Notes under the pieces: generated by a model
Seen by the model: only the letters and a program-made list of their open reading frames with translations
What the model was told of the DNA's origin: nothing
Databases searched by the model: none
NCBI GenBank assembly: GCA_001600695.1
Contig: BCKQ01000001.1
Span: 734,432-798,431, forward strand
Reading direction: 5' to 3'
Origin: Ascoidea asiatica JCM 7603
Lineage: Eukaryota > Fungi > Ascomycota
Length of the DNA stretch: 64,000 nt
In this document: positions 50,939 to 64,000 of the stretch, one piece after another
Layout of the letters: every line of letters starts with the position of its first letter
Position numbering within the stretch: position 1 is the stretch's first letter
Position numbers and translations under genes: made by a program

Positions 50939-53900
50939 TTAATTAAATTCATCTTCATCTGATGATACATATGCATCACCTAATGCCTTCTTTTTCTTCA
51001 TTCTTTCCTTCTTCTTTTTTCTTAATTCTGCTGATGATAACTTCTTCTTCTTTTTTGCAGCTTTTAATTTATTACCCATTGCATCAAATTTATCTTCTTC
51101 ATCTTCTTTTTTCTCAATTCTTGGTCCAGCACCTTGTCCTTGAACCCAATTATGTCCAGATGGTGTCATTTTACCATCAACAACTGCCCAAACTTCTTCT
51201 GTTAAATTTTTAGTAAATTCTGCAGAATGTGTAATAATTACAACACCTCCACCAAAGGCTTTTATTGCTTTAGATAATGCTCCTAATGAATCACGATCTA
51301 AATAATTAGTTGGTTCATCTAAAACAATAATATGTGGTCTTTGCCATGTACATGCTGCTAAAACTAATTTAACTTTTTGTCCACCTGATAAACCTCTAAG
51401 TCTTGAATGTGAAACTAATTCGGCATCTAATCCCAACATTGCACAATGAGATTCAATTTCTTTTCTTGTTAATGCACGGAATTGTCCTGATGCTAAAGCT
51501 TCTTTCATATCAACTTCTGCAACCATTTTAGCATGAGTTTCCATTAATTCTCCTCTTGGTAACCAAGCATTATCAACTGACATCATTGGTACTTCTCTTT
51601 CATTTTTCATTCCTGGATTTTCAACTAAGAAAAATTCACACTCATATTCATAAGAATTTTTAAATTTTCTTCTGGCAATAATTTCTTTAACACGACGTGG
51701 AGTACCTTCAACTTTAAAGATTTTTTTCATTCCTAAAGTATCATCTTCAGTTATTTGTCTTGCAGCTCTATCCATAGTTTCTCTATCTTCACCAGTTTGG
51801 AAACGCCATTGAATATATTCAGATGGTGTTTTATCTAAATGATTATCAATATGTGCAAAAGCATGTTGTTTAATATATGCAATACGACAATTTTCATGAA
51901 CATAAACTTCACCAGTAGTTGGTAATAATTCACCAGTTAATACATTAACTAATGTAGATTTACCTGCACCATTTGGTCCAATAACGGCAATTCTTGATGA
52001 TAATGAAACTTGGAAATTAATATCTCTAATTTGTGGTTTAGAAGTTCCTGGATATTGAAAACTCATATTTGAAACTTTAACAATTGCTTTTTGTTTGGTT
52101 TTTACACCTTCTAAATATCCTGGTTCTGGGAATTGAAATTCTAAATCTGATGCACCTAATTCATAATATGATTTTGCAGAAGGTACTCTTTTAACAAATT
52201 CTGATAAATTACCTTTATATTTTCTTAATTTAAAGCCTTCATAATGAATAATATATTGACAAATTTTATCTAAAAATCCAGAATCATGTGAAACACAAAT
52301 TGATGTAATACCACAAGTTTCTAAATAATTTTCTAACCATGCAACATTAACTGTATCTAAATGATTAGTTGGTTCATCTAATAATAAAATATCAGCATTT
52401 CTTAAAACAGCTCTTGCTAAAGCTAATTTCATTTTCCATCCACCAGATAATGAATGAATTGACATTTTAATATGTTCATCAGTGAAATTAAATTCTTTTA
52501 ATTTTTTAACAATTTCTTCTTTTGTTCCAAGTGATCCATCACCATAAACAAAATCAACAATTGACATATCATCCATAGATCCATCAATATCATGTTCAAC
52601 ATAAACTGTTCTTAATTCATCTTGAGATGGAAATCCATCAACTTTTCCATCAGCAATTGCTCTCATAAGAGTTGATTTACCTGCACCATTTGGACCACAT
52701 AAACCATATCTTCTACCTCTTTTAAGACGGAATTGAGTATTATTTAATAAAATTTTGGCACCATATGCTAAAGAAAATTCACAATTACATAAATCTTCTC
52801 CATCATCATCTTCATCTTCAAATGATGGTGGTACTGGAATATTATCAATTGCTGCTTTTCTCCATTCTTCAACAATTTCTTTTGATTCAATTTCATGTAA
52901 GAAAATTGTTAAAAATGGTACAATATTTTTAACCCAAGCTTCTGGCTGAATTTCACGTTCATCAATTAAATCACCTGCAATACATGATGCATAATCAATT
53001 GCATCATCAAATCTTGAATCAATTTTTTTACCTTTTAATAATTTCATTAATTCATTTTTAGTAACTTCTTTATCACCTGCATGAGAAATTTCTGGTAATT
53101 TATCATCTTCACCAATATTACCAACTCTTCTTAAAGTTTTTAAAGCTCTTAAAGTAACTTCACGAGCTTCTGGATCTGCAATACCATCAAAATTTTTCTT
53201 TAAAGCTGGTAATAAATCTTCCATAAATGGTGCAACAACTTGTGGATCATCAACTAATTTACACATATTATCAACAATAACTGCAGCTTTACGTTTAATT
53301 GAAGTTTCACGTTCGGCTAAACCTCTTTTAAGTAATGGAACCATAATAGATAAAGTTGCAATTGTAACTTCAGAAACAAAAGTAGTAGCACCTAAAGTAT
53401 GAACAGTTTCTGGAACTAAAGTTGGTTTGGCAATACATTCAATTAATTTTGGTATAAATTTTTCAATATCTTTATTATGAACAGTTTCAGTTGCTTTTGT
53501 CATGGTAGCAGTAGCAGCTCTTTTAACATCGATTTTAGTATCCCACATAGCATCAGATAAAACTGGAACTAATTCAGTCATTCTTAAAGCAATTTGTTGA
53601 TTAGCAACATCAACTAAAGCAGTAATAGCTGAAAGAATTGAAATTTTTTCTTGCCATTTATTTGTTTCACCTAAAGCAGTAGTTAATTTTGGTAAAATAG
53701 ATTTGATGGCAGTTGGAGTAATTGATTTAGAAATTGCTAATAAAGCTGCAGAAGCTACTTTTCTAACATCAACTTTTTTATCACCACATTTTTCACAAAT
53801 TTCTGGAATTAAATCAACTAAATATGGTTCAACAGATGGTGATAAACCACTTTCAGAAGCAATATTAGAAATGGCAACTAAACCATTAATTGAACCATTA

Positions 53901-54085
53901 ACATTTTTTTTATCTTTAATGGTTTTCTTTAATTGCAGAAAGAAAGCAAATGGAATATCATGTTCAATAATAGAACCATTTAAAAATGATGAAACATTTG
54001 CAGCTGCGGTTTCTCTGTTTTCTGGAGTAGCAACTGATAATTTACTGAAAAGTTCAGCAAGGACCTTTTGAGAATCTTCAACCAT
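50939..54085 (-). CDS. YEF3: Fungal translation elongation factor 3
   Basis: HEAT N-terminus, two ABC cassettes (GPNGAGKST x2, [12 protein letters not shown]), chromodomain insert, basic tail [22 protein letters not shown]. Confidence 0.99.
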   Translation of the reverse strand: MVEDSQKVLAELFSKLSVATPENRETAAANVSSFLNGSIIEHDIPFAFFLQLKKTIKDKKNVNGSINGLVAISNIASESGLSPSVEPYLVDLIPEICEKCGDKKVDVRKVASAALLAISKSITPTAIKSILPKLTTALGETNKWQEKISILSAITALVDVANQQIALRMTELVPVLSDAMWDTKIDVKRAATATMTKATETVHNKDIEKFIPKLIECIAKPTLVPETVHTLGATTFVSEVTIATLSIMVPLLKRGLAERETSIKRKAAVIVDNMCKLVDDPQVVAPFMEDLLPALKKNFDGIADPEAREVTLRALKTLRRVGNIGEDDKLPEISHAGDKEVTKNELMKLLKGKKIDSRFDDAIDYASCIAGDLIDEREIQPEAWVKNIVPFLTIFLHEIESKEIVEEWRKAAIDNIPVPPSFEDEDDDGEDLCNCEFSLAYGAKILLNNTQFRLKRGRRYGLCGPNGAGKSTLMRAIADGKVDGFPSQDELRTVYVEHDIDGSMDDMSIVDFVYGDGSLGTKEEIVKKLKEFNFTDEHIKMSIHSLSGGWKMKLALARAVLRNADILLLDEPTNHLDTVNVAWLENYLETCGITSICVSHDSGFLDKICQYIIHYEGFKLRKYKGNLSEFVKRVPSAKSYYELGASDLEFQFPEPGYLEGVKTKQKAIVKVSNMSFQYPGTSKPQIRDINFQVSLSSRIAVIGPNGAGKSTLVNVLTGELLPTTGEVYVHENCRIAYIKQHAFAHIDNHLDKTPSEYIQWRFQTGEDRETMDRAARQITEDDTLGMKKIFKVEGTPRRVKEIIARRKFKNSYEYECEFFLVENPGMKNEREVPMMSVDNAWLPRGELMETHAKMVAEVDMKEALASGQFRALTRKEIESHCAMLGLDAELVSHSRLRGLSGGQKVKLVLAACTWQRPHIIVLDEPTNYLDRDSLGALSKAIKAFGGGVVIITHSAEFTKNLTEEVWAVVDGKMTPSGHNWVQGQGAGPRIEKKEDEEDKFDAMGNKLKAAKKKKKLSSAELRKKKKERMKKKKALGDAYVSSDEDEFN

Positions 54086-54269
54086 TTTTATGATATTTTA
54101 ACTGATGGTGTACTATTTTTTAGTATTCTTTTTATTTTTTTACCAGCTCTTAGCAGTACCTTAATAGAAAAAAAATCAAAAAAAAATAGAAATAGATAAG
54201 AACTCAAGTCTTAAAAATGCGTGTTATATAGTTTTACAACATTGCCTCTTCAGAACAAGTATTTTGAAG

Positions 54270-54450
54270 GTGAAAAAAATTTTTCATCTCAGAAAATTTC
54301 TGGCTTCCAAAACGTGCAGGACACGTGAAGTACGCGGATTAGTAACGCGGAGTTTAAAATAACGCGGATTAAAGAATGTATTTAAATGTTGTATCCGTGT
54401 AGTGGAATGGATCGGAATATAGTCTTGATCAAAAGTAGTATACGGATTTA
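54270..54450. promoter_or_regulatory. eEF3 promoter island: RRPE-like palindrome, CACGTG and repeated ACGCGGA motifs
   Basis: TGAAAAAAATTTTTCA 54271-54286, CACGTG 54322-54327, ACGCGGA at 54332, 54345 and 54362. Confidence 0.55.
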
Positions 54451-54582
54451 CTTTTCAATTCTGCAATTTCTATGTCTTTGATAAGCGAGAAATATATAAA
54501 ATTACTTTATTTAGTAAATAAATGAGAATGTAAATTGGTTTAAAGATGAGCAAATAGATATTAAAAAGCCTTAGCAAAGTAG

Positions 54583-57500
54583 TTACTGATATGTCACATT
54601 GACCCCTCTTTGAGATCGGTTTCTACTGGCAATGGTATTTTGATTATAACTATAGCAACTCTTTGCTGCCAATTTTGAGTCAATTCTATTGCCTAAGGTT
54701 TTTTCTCTTTTATTGATAGGCTTGGAGGTAACAAACTTTGATTGAAGATTCTCCAAATCCTTTTTGATATTATTATATTCGGTCAGTTTCTCGTCATACA
54801 ATTGCTTCATCTTGGTAACTTCATCTTGAAAATAACAACATTTTTCATTATTATTTATATAATCTTCAATCAAAACTCTTATGGCCTGCAAAACATATTT
54901 TCCAATTCTTTCTAACTTGATTATATCATCATTATCATAAAATTTTCTTTGTTTAAGTCCATTCAAGCTAGATTTTACTGCATTGATAGATATATCATCT
55001 AACGTTTCACTTAAAATATTTATAATATTTTCCGATAATCTGATATTACTGTTTTTTGCAATAACAACTGTATTTCTGGTTTCAATCAATTCTTGCTGAC
55101 ACTCTTTATACCCTTGATCAAACATTTCAAGATGTTTCTTGAATGTTTCAATGGTTAAGCTTTTATTAGCTATGTCCTCATTGAGAACTCTATTCCTTTC
55201 TAAAAGAATTTCTTGACGATTACCAAACAAGTCTATTTGTTTCTGTAAACTATCTCTTTCTTCGCAAACCTTATGATTATTGTCTAATAATGATTTTTCT
55301 ATATTATCTTTTTCTAATTCACAATTCTTCAATTGAGTTTTTAAATCTTTGATTGTAATAATATTTGAATCATTTTCATTTGATAATTCTTTAATTTTAA
55401 TTTCATTATCTATAACTAATTTATTACAATCTTCTAGTGTATTAGACATTCCAATTAATTGAGATTTAAATTTGATGTTTTCTTCTTCAATAACTTTTTG
55501 TGAATCTTTCAATTTTACATTTTCTTCTTCACCTTCAAGGACCTTATTTTCAAGTTCATGAATTTTTTCTTGTAATTGTGTAATAAATTTATCTTTTTCA
55601 ATTGATTCTGTAGTAATTTGATCAATTTGAGAACAAGCAATAACAAGTTTGTCTTGGTAATCTTGTGATAACTCTGTTTTTTCTTCAACTTTTAGACTTA
55701 ACTCATTAATTGCAGTTTGATAGTCTGATTCCAAAGATGAAAAGTCTTCAATTTTTTTCTGGAATTCAGATTCCATTTTAGAAGTTGATAACATTTTTTC
55801 ACTAATTTCCTTTAATTTTATAGTAAATTCTTTTAAAAATAATAAACAGTTTTCATCAGTTATATTTTCAACATTTTTAAAAGATTCTTCTGAAAAATAA
55901 ATTGACATTGAAGTCAAATTTTCAAAAATTTCATTCAATATTCTATCTTTACTGTCTAAAGATATTTTAAGTTCATTTAATTCATCATTACAATTTGATA
56001 TTTTATTTCTTAAATTTATATTATCATCCTTTTCTGATTCCAAGGTAGTCATTTCAAATTTTAATTTCGACTCATATCTTATATTTTCATTTAAAACTTT
56101 TTTTAATTCAACAGTAATATTATTTAATTTTTTTTCAAGTTCATGATTTGATTTTTTAATTGCTCTACTATAATTTTCGTAATAATCTAAAAGTTTTAAA
56201 TCTTCACTATGACGATTTTCAAAAGAATTGAATCTAGTTTCAGATTTACAAGCTAATTCTTCAATTAAATTCATTGAATCTTCAAATCGTTCATTTTTAT
56301 CAAAAACAGCAGTTGACAAACTAATTCTTGATAATATTTCAACTATATTATCAAATGTCTTAATAAATGAACCAGTTGTAATTGCTGAATGAGAAGAATT
56401 TGAATCAGGGCTAATTGGTGTAAGCGGTATCGAAGATAAAAATTTATCGATATTTTTATTAGCACTCAATTCAACTGGATTAAAAGATGATAATTTTATT
56501 TCTTTAAGTTCTTGTGTGTCAGTTGTTTTTTCGTGTACGCCAACATCTGGATGAAAATCAAGACTAGACTTTGATGATGTAAAATGATCATGATTTTGAT
56601 TGGATGCTGATGAATCATTTTGAGATTTTTCGATGATTTCTGTATTTAATTTATCATTTGATGAAAAACTACTTTTGAAAACTTTTTCCAGTAAAATTTG
56701 ATTTTGATTTTCAGGAGATTGATCTATTTTATAAACTGAGACAGGCATAGAATTTGAAGTATTTTCTTTATTACTATAGGTACATGAACTATCTGAACTA
56801 TCTGAACTGTTTGAATTACTTAATATATTTAAATTATTTGAATCGGATGATTGAATAGAGTTAGACAAATTATGTGAATTGGTGGAGGGAAAATCAATTG
56901 ATTTACTTGAATTAGTTTTAGAAGTAGTTGTAGTATTATTTCTTGAGATATCGATTGTATTTGTAGATGGGACACCGAATGAATTTGTAATATTCTGTGA
57001 TGGAGAATTCGAAGATAAAGTACTTTGATTATTTAATTCTGAATTTTGATTTATAGTATTCTTTTCTGAGATTTGTTGAGAATTTTGAGTATCTGATGTA
57101 TAAGGAGAATTTGATAAAGAAGAATAAACTAATTGATTTTGAGTTAAACCATCTTTTGAGATTAATTCATCTTGAGATATTGAAGAAATTAGAGATAATT
57201 CTAGATTTGTAGCACTATAATCACTTGAAGGTTCATATTGATCCGAACTTAAAGGTTGTACTATATTATTTGCAGTATTATGGGTATTTGTGATTTGAAA
57301 TTTCGAAAGTTTATTAATCTTTTTAAGTTTATCATTTAAATTATTTTTGCTATTTTTAATATTTTTGGTATGTTTAATAGTTGTATTATTATTATTATTA
57401 TTATTATCAAAATGTCTTGGGAAAAAAGAAAATTTAGAAAAAGAGGATTGTTTATTTTTTAAAATTCCAGATAATTCAGAAGTATTTGAATTGATTGAAT

Positions 57501-57612
57501 TATTGAATGAACTATTAATAGAAATATTAGCTTGATTATTTATTGAATCATTAATAAAATTATCTTTTGAATTGTTATTGATAATGTTATGATTATTATC
57601 ATTGTTATCATT

Positions 57613-57668
<56 letters not shown>

Positions 57669-58200
57669 TATTATTACTATTATTATGATTATTATTATAA
57701 TCATCAGCAATTGGACTTGAGAATCTAACACTTTTAACAGAAGATGCTTTTCCAAAAGAAGAAGGTCTTGTATTATTTATCATTGAAGCAGTTTTTGGTC
57801 TTTGATTGAAATCATTAATTTGAGATTGATTTTTAAATTGGTTAATATGATTATCAAAAGGATCAAAACTCATATTTTCTTCATAACTTACAGAAGAGCC
57901 ACTTGAAACAGGAATTGAAAATTTTTTTTTGATATTATTAGTTTTGTTATCATTATTTACTTGAATTTGTTGTTTTTTGTTTTCAGATTTAATGTTTTTA
58001 TTACAATCATTTTTGTTACTGATATTATTGTTATTATTATTAATATTATTGTTGTTATAGGAAGTTGTTTTATAGAATAAATCATTACCAGCAGAAGTTG
58101 TTCTTGTTATAAATACATATTTTGAATTATTATTTGTAGAATTGATTGGAGAAGTAGAAGAATCTAAAGAACTTGAAGAAGAATCAAACATTTTTTTCAT
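54583..58200 (-). CDS. Large hypothetical protein: disordered N/S-rich N-half, long coiled-coil C-half
   Basis: 1205-aa open frame with E/K/L heptad pattern over the last ~550 aa. RVxF-like KSVRF motif near residue 157. No ortholog recognised. Confidence 0.85.
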
Positions 58201-58207
58201 AATATAT

Positions 58208-58516
58208 TTATAAAAGAACAGATATTAAATCACAGCCAATACAGCAAAATAAATTTTTTAAATAATTTAGAATTGGTAAAATTAAAATAGCAAAAAAATC
58301 TTTAAATAAATTTAAAGATAATAAAAAAGAAATTAAAATAAAAGATTGAAATAATTGAATAGTATTTGTTGGATCTATATTAATATCAATTAAATTTTTC
58401 TTTTTCTTATCAATGTTATTGTTATAAATATTATTATTAGTATTATTATTATTTTTATTAATATTATGTTGATTAAGAGAAGTAGAAGTAGGAGTAATAG
58501 ATAAAGGAGAATTCAT
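58208..58516 (-). CDS. Small ORF (102 aa) with hydrophobic C-terminus, ending 7 nt before the next ATG
   Basis: ATG at 58516 (MNSPLSITPTST...), in-frame poly-Asn typical of real genes here, then LFQSFILISFLLSLNLF...AILILPIL. Confidence 0.45.
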   Translation of the reverse strand: MNSPLSITPTSTSLNQHNINKNNNNTNNNIYNNNIDKKKKNLIDINIDPTNTIQLFQSFILISFLLSLNLFKDFFAILILPILNYLKNLFCCIGCDLISVLL

Positions 58517-59375
58517 TTCCAAAATTGAAGTAAGTTTGAAGATATTGAGAGTGGTAAACTTTGGAGATAATAATGAGGTTTATTTGATAAGACAGATCAA
58601 TTCAATGATAATCTAAAGGAAGGGGCCCAAAATAAGTAATAATCTGAAATAATTTTGATGTAACCAAATTGATTGATGGATAATGAATATTTAGAGGTCT
58701 GAAGAAGAGAAATGAAGATTATTCCCTCGATAAACAACCAGAAAGTGAGATTAAATCATTGGAATTGATCTTTATTCAGAAGATTTATTCAGAAGATTGT
58801 GTTAGATTTGTTTCAAACAATAAAGATTTGTTTCTGAATGAATGAAAAAGGTTTATTTCCAGAGCACAAAAAGAAGTTTTGAGGTTAGCATTCGATGGTG
58901 GCATTGGTTGTAAGAGCAAAAGCAGAAGCATTCTTTAATCTCATGGCCCAGCTGAGAGTTTGTCTGAAGTTTCTTCTGATGGTTTTGTGATCAAAAGCAT
59001 TTGCCCTTTGATTTATTTCTTTTGATCTATTTCTTTTCTTCTTTTCTGTTTATATTGTTTATTGTCGATTGTTGATTGTTGATTGTTTATTATTTAATGT
59101 TGTTTTTTGCAGTTCCACAAAAGCGGTCTCATTTTTGGTTCTAGATTCACCGGAAAAAGACGGAACTTGTAGGACCCGGGTAGATATGATCCGCTGGTCA
59201 TCCGAGCTCCGTCGCATTTACCGGGGCTAGAATTAAAATCATAATAAAATAAAGCTTTATTGTAAATGATTAATGAAATTGACTGATATCGATTAAATGA
59301 GATTAGAAGAAATGAAATATAAATGATAAGATGGATTCAGTTTGATTATTTTTAAAGAAATAAATAAATAATAAG

Positions 59376-60974
59376 ATGAATAGAGTTAGAATAATGGCAA
59401 AGGATATAGATTTAAATTTGTCAATATTTGAAAGTTTCAAACTATGGCCAAAATTATTAAAAAGAAATTATTTAGAAAAAACTCAAGATGAATTTTATAC
59501 ATATTTTTTACCATTTTATAAAAAAAAAGATATAAATGGAAATTTTGCAATAACTGAAAAGGTCTCAATTGATAACAATACCAATATCAATAATCAACCC
59601 CAATTTAAAGATAAATTCATTAATCAATTATATATTACAAATAATAAAAATAATGATAAAACTGATTTCAAAAAAGAAAATTTATTAATGATTCATGGTT
59701 ATGCAGCTTCTTCATTATTCTATCATAGAAATTATTCAAGATTAATTAATATTAAAGATAAATTTATACAAATTTTTTCAATTGATTTACCAAATTTTGG
59801 TTTATCTTCAAATATTAAATTAGATTCTTCAACTGAGAATAATTTAAAAATTGTTAAAAATATTCAATTAGAATTTCAATATGATAACTTAAAAATTGAA
59901 ATTCCAGAAAATGGTAATAGTCAAATAAATGATTCAAATAATTCAAATAATTTATCAAATTTAAGAAACAAAATAATTAATATTAAAAAACCAAAAAATT
60001 TTAAAATTTTAAATGATAAAATTGAATTAAATAATTTATATTTAAATTTAAAAAAAAATATACCAAAAATTGAAAATATTTATATAAATTCAATTGAAAA
60101 TTGGAGATTAAATCAAATTAAAAATGGTAGATTAAATAATAATGAGAAATTTAATTTAATTTGTCATTCTTTTGGTGCTTATTTAGGTATTTCATATATG
60201 TTAAAATATCCAAATAATTTAAAAAAAATTATAATCTTAAGTCCAGTTGGTATTGAAAGAAGTCCGTATTCAATATCTTCAATTAAAAAATTTATTGATA
60301 ATTATGATAATAATGATAACAAAAGACTTTACAGTATAAGTAATAATGAATTTAATTATAATTATATTTATCCAATTACATTACCAAAATATTTTAATAA
60401 AATGTGGGATAATCTAATTTCACCATTTTCAATATTAAAAATCATGGGACCAATTGGTGTAAAATTATCTTCTTTATATACATTAAAAAGATATATTAGA
60501 GGTTTTGATCATAGTAATAATTTTGGTAATAATGAAGATTTTAAAAGTTTAAAATTATTTTCAAATTATTCAATGGGTTTATATTTTAATTTAAATTATA
60601 TTTATGATAATTTTTTAAAAAATTATAAAATTGATATTAAAAATAATAATAATGGTGATAAAACAATGATGTATTTATTTTCTTCATTAATTTTAGCAAA
60701 AGATCCAATAATTGATAAATTTGAAAGATTTTTTAATCAAAAACAAGAATTTAAGGATAAATTACCTGAAATGCTTTGGTTATATGGAGAATATGATTGG
60801 ATGAATACAAAAGCTGGAGAAAAATTAACTGAATATATTAAAGAAAAAAATAAAAATATTGGTAATTTTAATAAAATTGAAATTAAAAAAATTAAAGATG
60901 CTGGTCATAATATGTTCTTAGATAATCCAAAAGAATTTGATACAGTTGTTAAAAAATTTCTTGATTGGAATTAA
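59376..60974 (+). CDS. ICT1: Alpha/beta-hydrolase, Ict1/Ecm18 (ABHD5/CGI-58-like) lysophosphatidic acid acyltransferase
   Basis: IHGYAASSLFY, IDLPNFGLS, IENWR, CHSFGAY (nucleophile elbow), SPVGIE, C-terminal HX4D motif AGHNMFLDNP. Confidence 0.85.
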   Translation: MNRVRIMAKDIDLNLSIFESFKLWPKLLKRNYLEKTQDEFYTYFLPFYKKKDINGNFAITEKVSIDNNTNINNQPQFKDKFINQLYITNNKNNDKTDFKKENLLMIHGYAASSLFYHRNYSRLINIKDKFIQIFSIDLPNFGLSSNIKLDSSTENNLKIVKNIQLEFQYDNLKIEIPENGNSQINDSNNSNNLSNLRNKIINIKKPKNFKILNDKIELNNLYLNLKKNIPKIENIYINSIENWRLNQIKNGRLNNNEKFNLICHSFGAYLGISYMLKYPNNLKKIIILSPVGIERSPYSISSIKKFIDNYDNNDNKRLYSISNNEFNYNYIYPITLPKYFNKMWDNLISPFSILKIMGPIGVKLSSLYTLKRYIRGFDHSNNFGNNEDFKSLKLFSNYSMGLYFNLNYIYDNFLKNYKIDIKNNNNGDKTMMYLFSSLILAKDPIIDKFERFFNQKQEFKDKLPEMLWLYGEYDWMNTKAGEKLTEYIKEKNKNIGNFNKIEIKKIKDAGHNMFLDNPKEFDTVVKKFLDWN

Positions 60975-63875
60975 TCATTTTTTGTAAATTGTAAATAAGT
61001 ATTGTTTAAATAGATATAAAATAGGAATAGATGATATATAGATAAATATTGTATATTAAATAGGATTCCCTACTGTCCTAAAATGACTAACACTTTGTTC
61101 TTGAATTAATGTATCAGTTGAAGTTCGGAAAAACGTAAACGAAATAGGACAAGTAATGAATAATTAGATTAATCCATATAATAGTTTGTGGTGCATTAAT
61201 ACACCTTAGGAATATTCTATATCACAAGCGGGAAAACGTTATTGTCCCTCAAAAGTAGAAACGCAGTGTCTTTCCATGTATATTACTGCATTTCCATTGC
61301 TTTCAAGGAAAAACTAAATTGTTTCTCCGAGAAGTTTGAACGGCCCGCGTTTTTTCACATATTTTAACTTGGTTATAAATTGCGGTGCATGTATGTTCAG
61401 CGTGCCACGTCAGTTGGGGTGTTAGAGCCTCGCGGAAAAAGAAAGTGCCCGCAAAACGTGATCGCGGGGCTTCTTTTGTTTTGTCATTAGGTGGAGCATT
61501 TGTGGTGCATGGCGTTAATATACTGTAAAGAGAAAGTATACTAAGTATACAATAGTAAAGAGTTTACAAATTTACAAATTTACGAGTTTACTCTGATAAA
61601 ATGCATTTTCTGGATGAATAATAAAAATTGTGATCCGTATGGCCATATTTTCTGGTTTCCGTTTGCAATATATTTAAAGGATGTTTTTAAAAAGTCATCT
61701 TTGTAAATAAAAAATGTACTGTAAAGAAGAAAATTTGATGCCATCATTCCACTACCTATTATTTATTTATTTATTGGATTTTTACACTGTAGTAAATGTA
61801 GGAAATTATTGTAGTTCTAGGCTTGTTTTAGGATTAAGCCATTGAGTATCAATTAGCGCAAACATGTGGATAAAGCAATTAAGCCAAAATTGAAAAAAGA
61901 AAATTGGTTAGAAATTGACACATTCAATATTTATTTCACATAGTAAAATTACGATTGATTTATATCTAGAACAAAGACAAGACTAATTTAGGAATTGCTT
62001 TTGTAGGAGATTTCTGTTATTCTTTTTGTTTTTTTTTCGCGTTCCAGAAGCCCGATAGCAAAAAAAAAAAAAAATTCTAAGAAAAAGACAAATTTACGCG
62101 TAATTTCGACAAATTCTCCGTTGAGCAAGGTAAAATACTTGACTGGGAAAAGTTAAGAGATGAAACCAGGGACAAAATAGATGAAATCAAAAAAGACCCA
62201 AGTCATCTCCTCTTTTCTTTTTATGGAATGAAATCCATCAACTTGAACTTGGGACTTCAATTCGTGAAGTTATTGTACAGTAATCAACAAATTTAGTTCA
62301 GTGGCAGATAGTTATCGGACCAATAAAACTTCAATGGAAAGAGATTCGTTGGAGCAAACTACCAGTAATTTACTATTTTGCTACTGCCATTACTGAACTG
62401 GCGCAATAAAGTAGTTGAAATCTTGGTAAATAACTGATTAATTGCTACCTGGAAATAAACACAAAGACAATTTTGTTTATATTTATGCAAAATATAGTAA
62501 TACTGTTATTACTATTACTAATGGTGAAATACTTTAAAGAATAACAGTGGAATTATATTAACTGTGGAATTATTTGATTCATTACTGCATTTTTATAGCA
62601 CTAGGTGAGTAATAGTTACCATAATATGGCGAGGTGAGCGAAGTGAATAAATCTGAAGAAGGTGAGTAGTGTCATCGAAGGAGAGAAAGGGCCCATCTTC
62701 CGATGGCCACTGCTGATATTAATATTAGTAACAGTAGTTGCAATAGTCCCAGTATTCGTACACTGAGAAAAGCACTGGGCAATGCGGGCATTTTCAGCGT
62801 ATTTCGGTACTTTTTCTACGTGATTGCGGGACTAAAAGTAGTTTTTTATATTCCTGAAGGCCCGCTAGATCCATAATTCCCGAAGACCCGATACCGATAG
62901 ATTTGTTCCCATTATTTGTTTCGGATTTTTCTTCGGCACGAGCTTTTTGCGCAGTGGGCTATTTCCTGAGCGCTTCAATGGGTCAATTGGGACCAATTTG
63001 AAACAGGCCACGTGCCTGAAGTTGTTTTACCAGTTGCCATAGCAACTTTCACTGGGGGGTGTGCTGTCAAAACCTCCACGCAGAACCTTAAAAGAGGGCC
63101 CGCGTTTTTACACAGCAGCACCGGATTTCCAGTGTTTCCGTGCGAGTATTTCAGTTGCCATTGCTACGAACCTTATTTTCCTTGCGCAGTTTCCACTGTT
63201 TTTTTTTTCTTCTCAGGGCACAATAACAAATACAAAAAGCAAAGCAAAAGAGCCATCATGAAATGGTTAGCAAAAAAAAAAGTATTTTAAATTTTATTCA
63301 TCTAACGCTAACTAAAATATCAATTTTATAATGAAAAATTTAAAAAACAAAACAATATTAACAATAAACATATTATTAAAAATGTAATTTCATAATCTTT
63401 CAAGTTATAATTGTTATTTTATTATTTATAATGTTAGATTCTTCAAGTTTATATAATATTTTAAAACATAATCAAATCATCATCTTATCAAAAAGATTTA
63501 AAACCATAATAACTAAATTAAATTAAAATAAAATAAAATAAGTAATCAAACTCATTTCAAATCAATTTTAACATAATTATCTAAAATAAAATAAATAACA
63601 TTAAAAGAATATCTTTTTATTTTATTCTTTTATTATCTTCAAGACTTCATATATTTATATATATAATTATTTATATATATATATCTTTATTCATAAAATG
63701 ACTTCTTTTTATCTTTCTTAAATATTTATATCTTTTCAATTTTATATATCATTATTTAATTTTAAAAATTTATTATTTTTTATATTCTCATATATAATAT
63801 AATCATTATTCAATTCAAGCAATCATCTCATATATCACATAATATCAAATAATATCATATCATACCATTTTCAAA

Positions 63876-64000
63876 ATGAGTAACAATAACAATAATAATA
63901 ACAATAACAACAATAATAACTTGAATCAATTTACAAATCAAAAAGTTTCTTTCAAATTAGAAGATATACTGTCAGATCATCGTTTATCAAGAACAATATC
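63876..64000 (+). CDS. 5' end of a gene truncated by the window edge
   Basis: CAAAATG context. Open frame MSNNNN...LNQFTNQKVSFKLEDILSDHRLSRTI, downstream of a ~2.9-kb motif-rich intergenic region. Confidence 0.6.
   Translation, partial: MSNNNNNNNNNNNNNLNQFTNQKVSFKLEDILSDHRLSRTI

Overview
Very AT-rich (roughly 25% GC by eye) budding-yeast (Saccharomycotina) nuclear DNA. Evidence: fungal-specific eEF3, short GTATGT...TACTAAC...YAG introns, and poly-Asn (AAT)n expansions in many proteins. The window opens in the 3' half of a decayed Ty3/Gypsy retrotransposon (PR-RT-RH-IN, PPT, probable 3' LTR). It then runs through a GCR1_C-domain transcription factor, MSC1-like, an EEP-family hydrolase, MSO1, a small membrane ORF, PUS4, an orphan ORF, COX4 (5'-UTR intron), PAP1, enolase, DNA2, NRD1 (spliced; the ORF track misses its CID exon), MUK1, TMA19, TRM13, RRP17, an unannotated disrupted PWWP-domain gene, a DUF4112 gene with an oddly GC-rich core, eEF3, a large coiled-coil gene abutted by an upstream membrane ORF, ICT1/ECM18, and the start of one more gene. 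The most unusual signals are: (i) the PWWP gene with an intact intron but a microsatellite frameshift and an in-frame TGA; (ii) a strand-polarised three-hairpin H/ACA-like RNA candidate at ~19.96-20.13 kb; (iii) related GC-rich elements in inverted orientation on either side of COX4, plus a motif vocabulary shared by most GC islands; (iv) a ~100-nt U-tract downstream of the poly(A) polymerase gene; and (v) a 102-aa ORF ending 7 nt before a 1205-aa ORF. All family assignments come from remembered motifs, not database searches.
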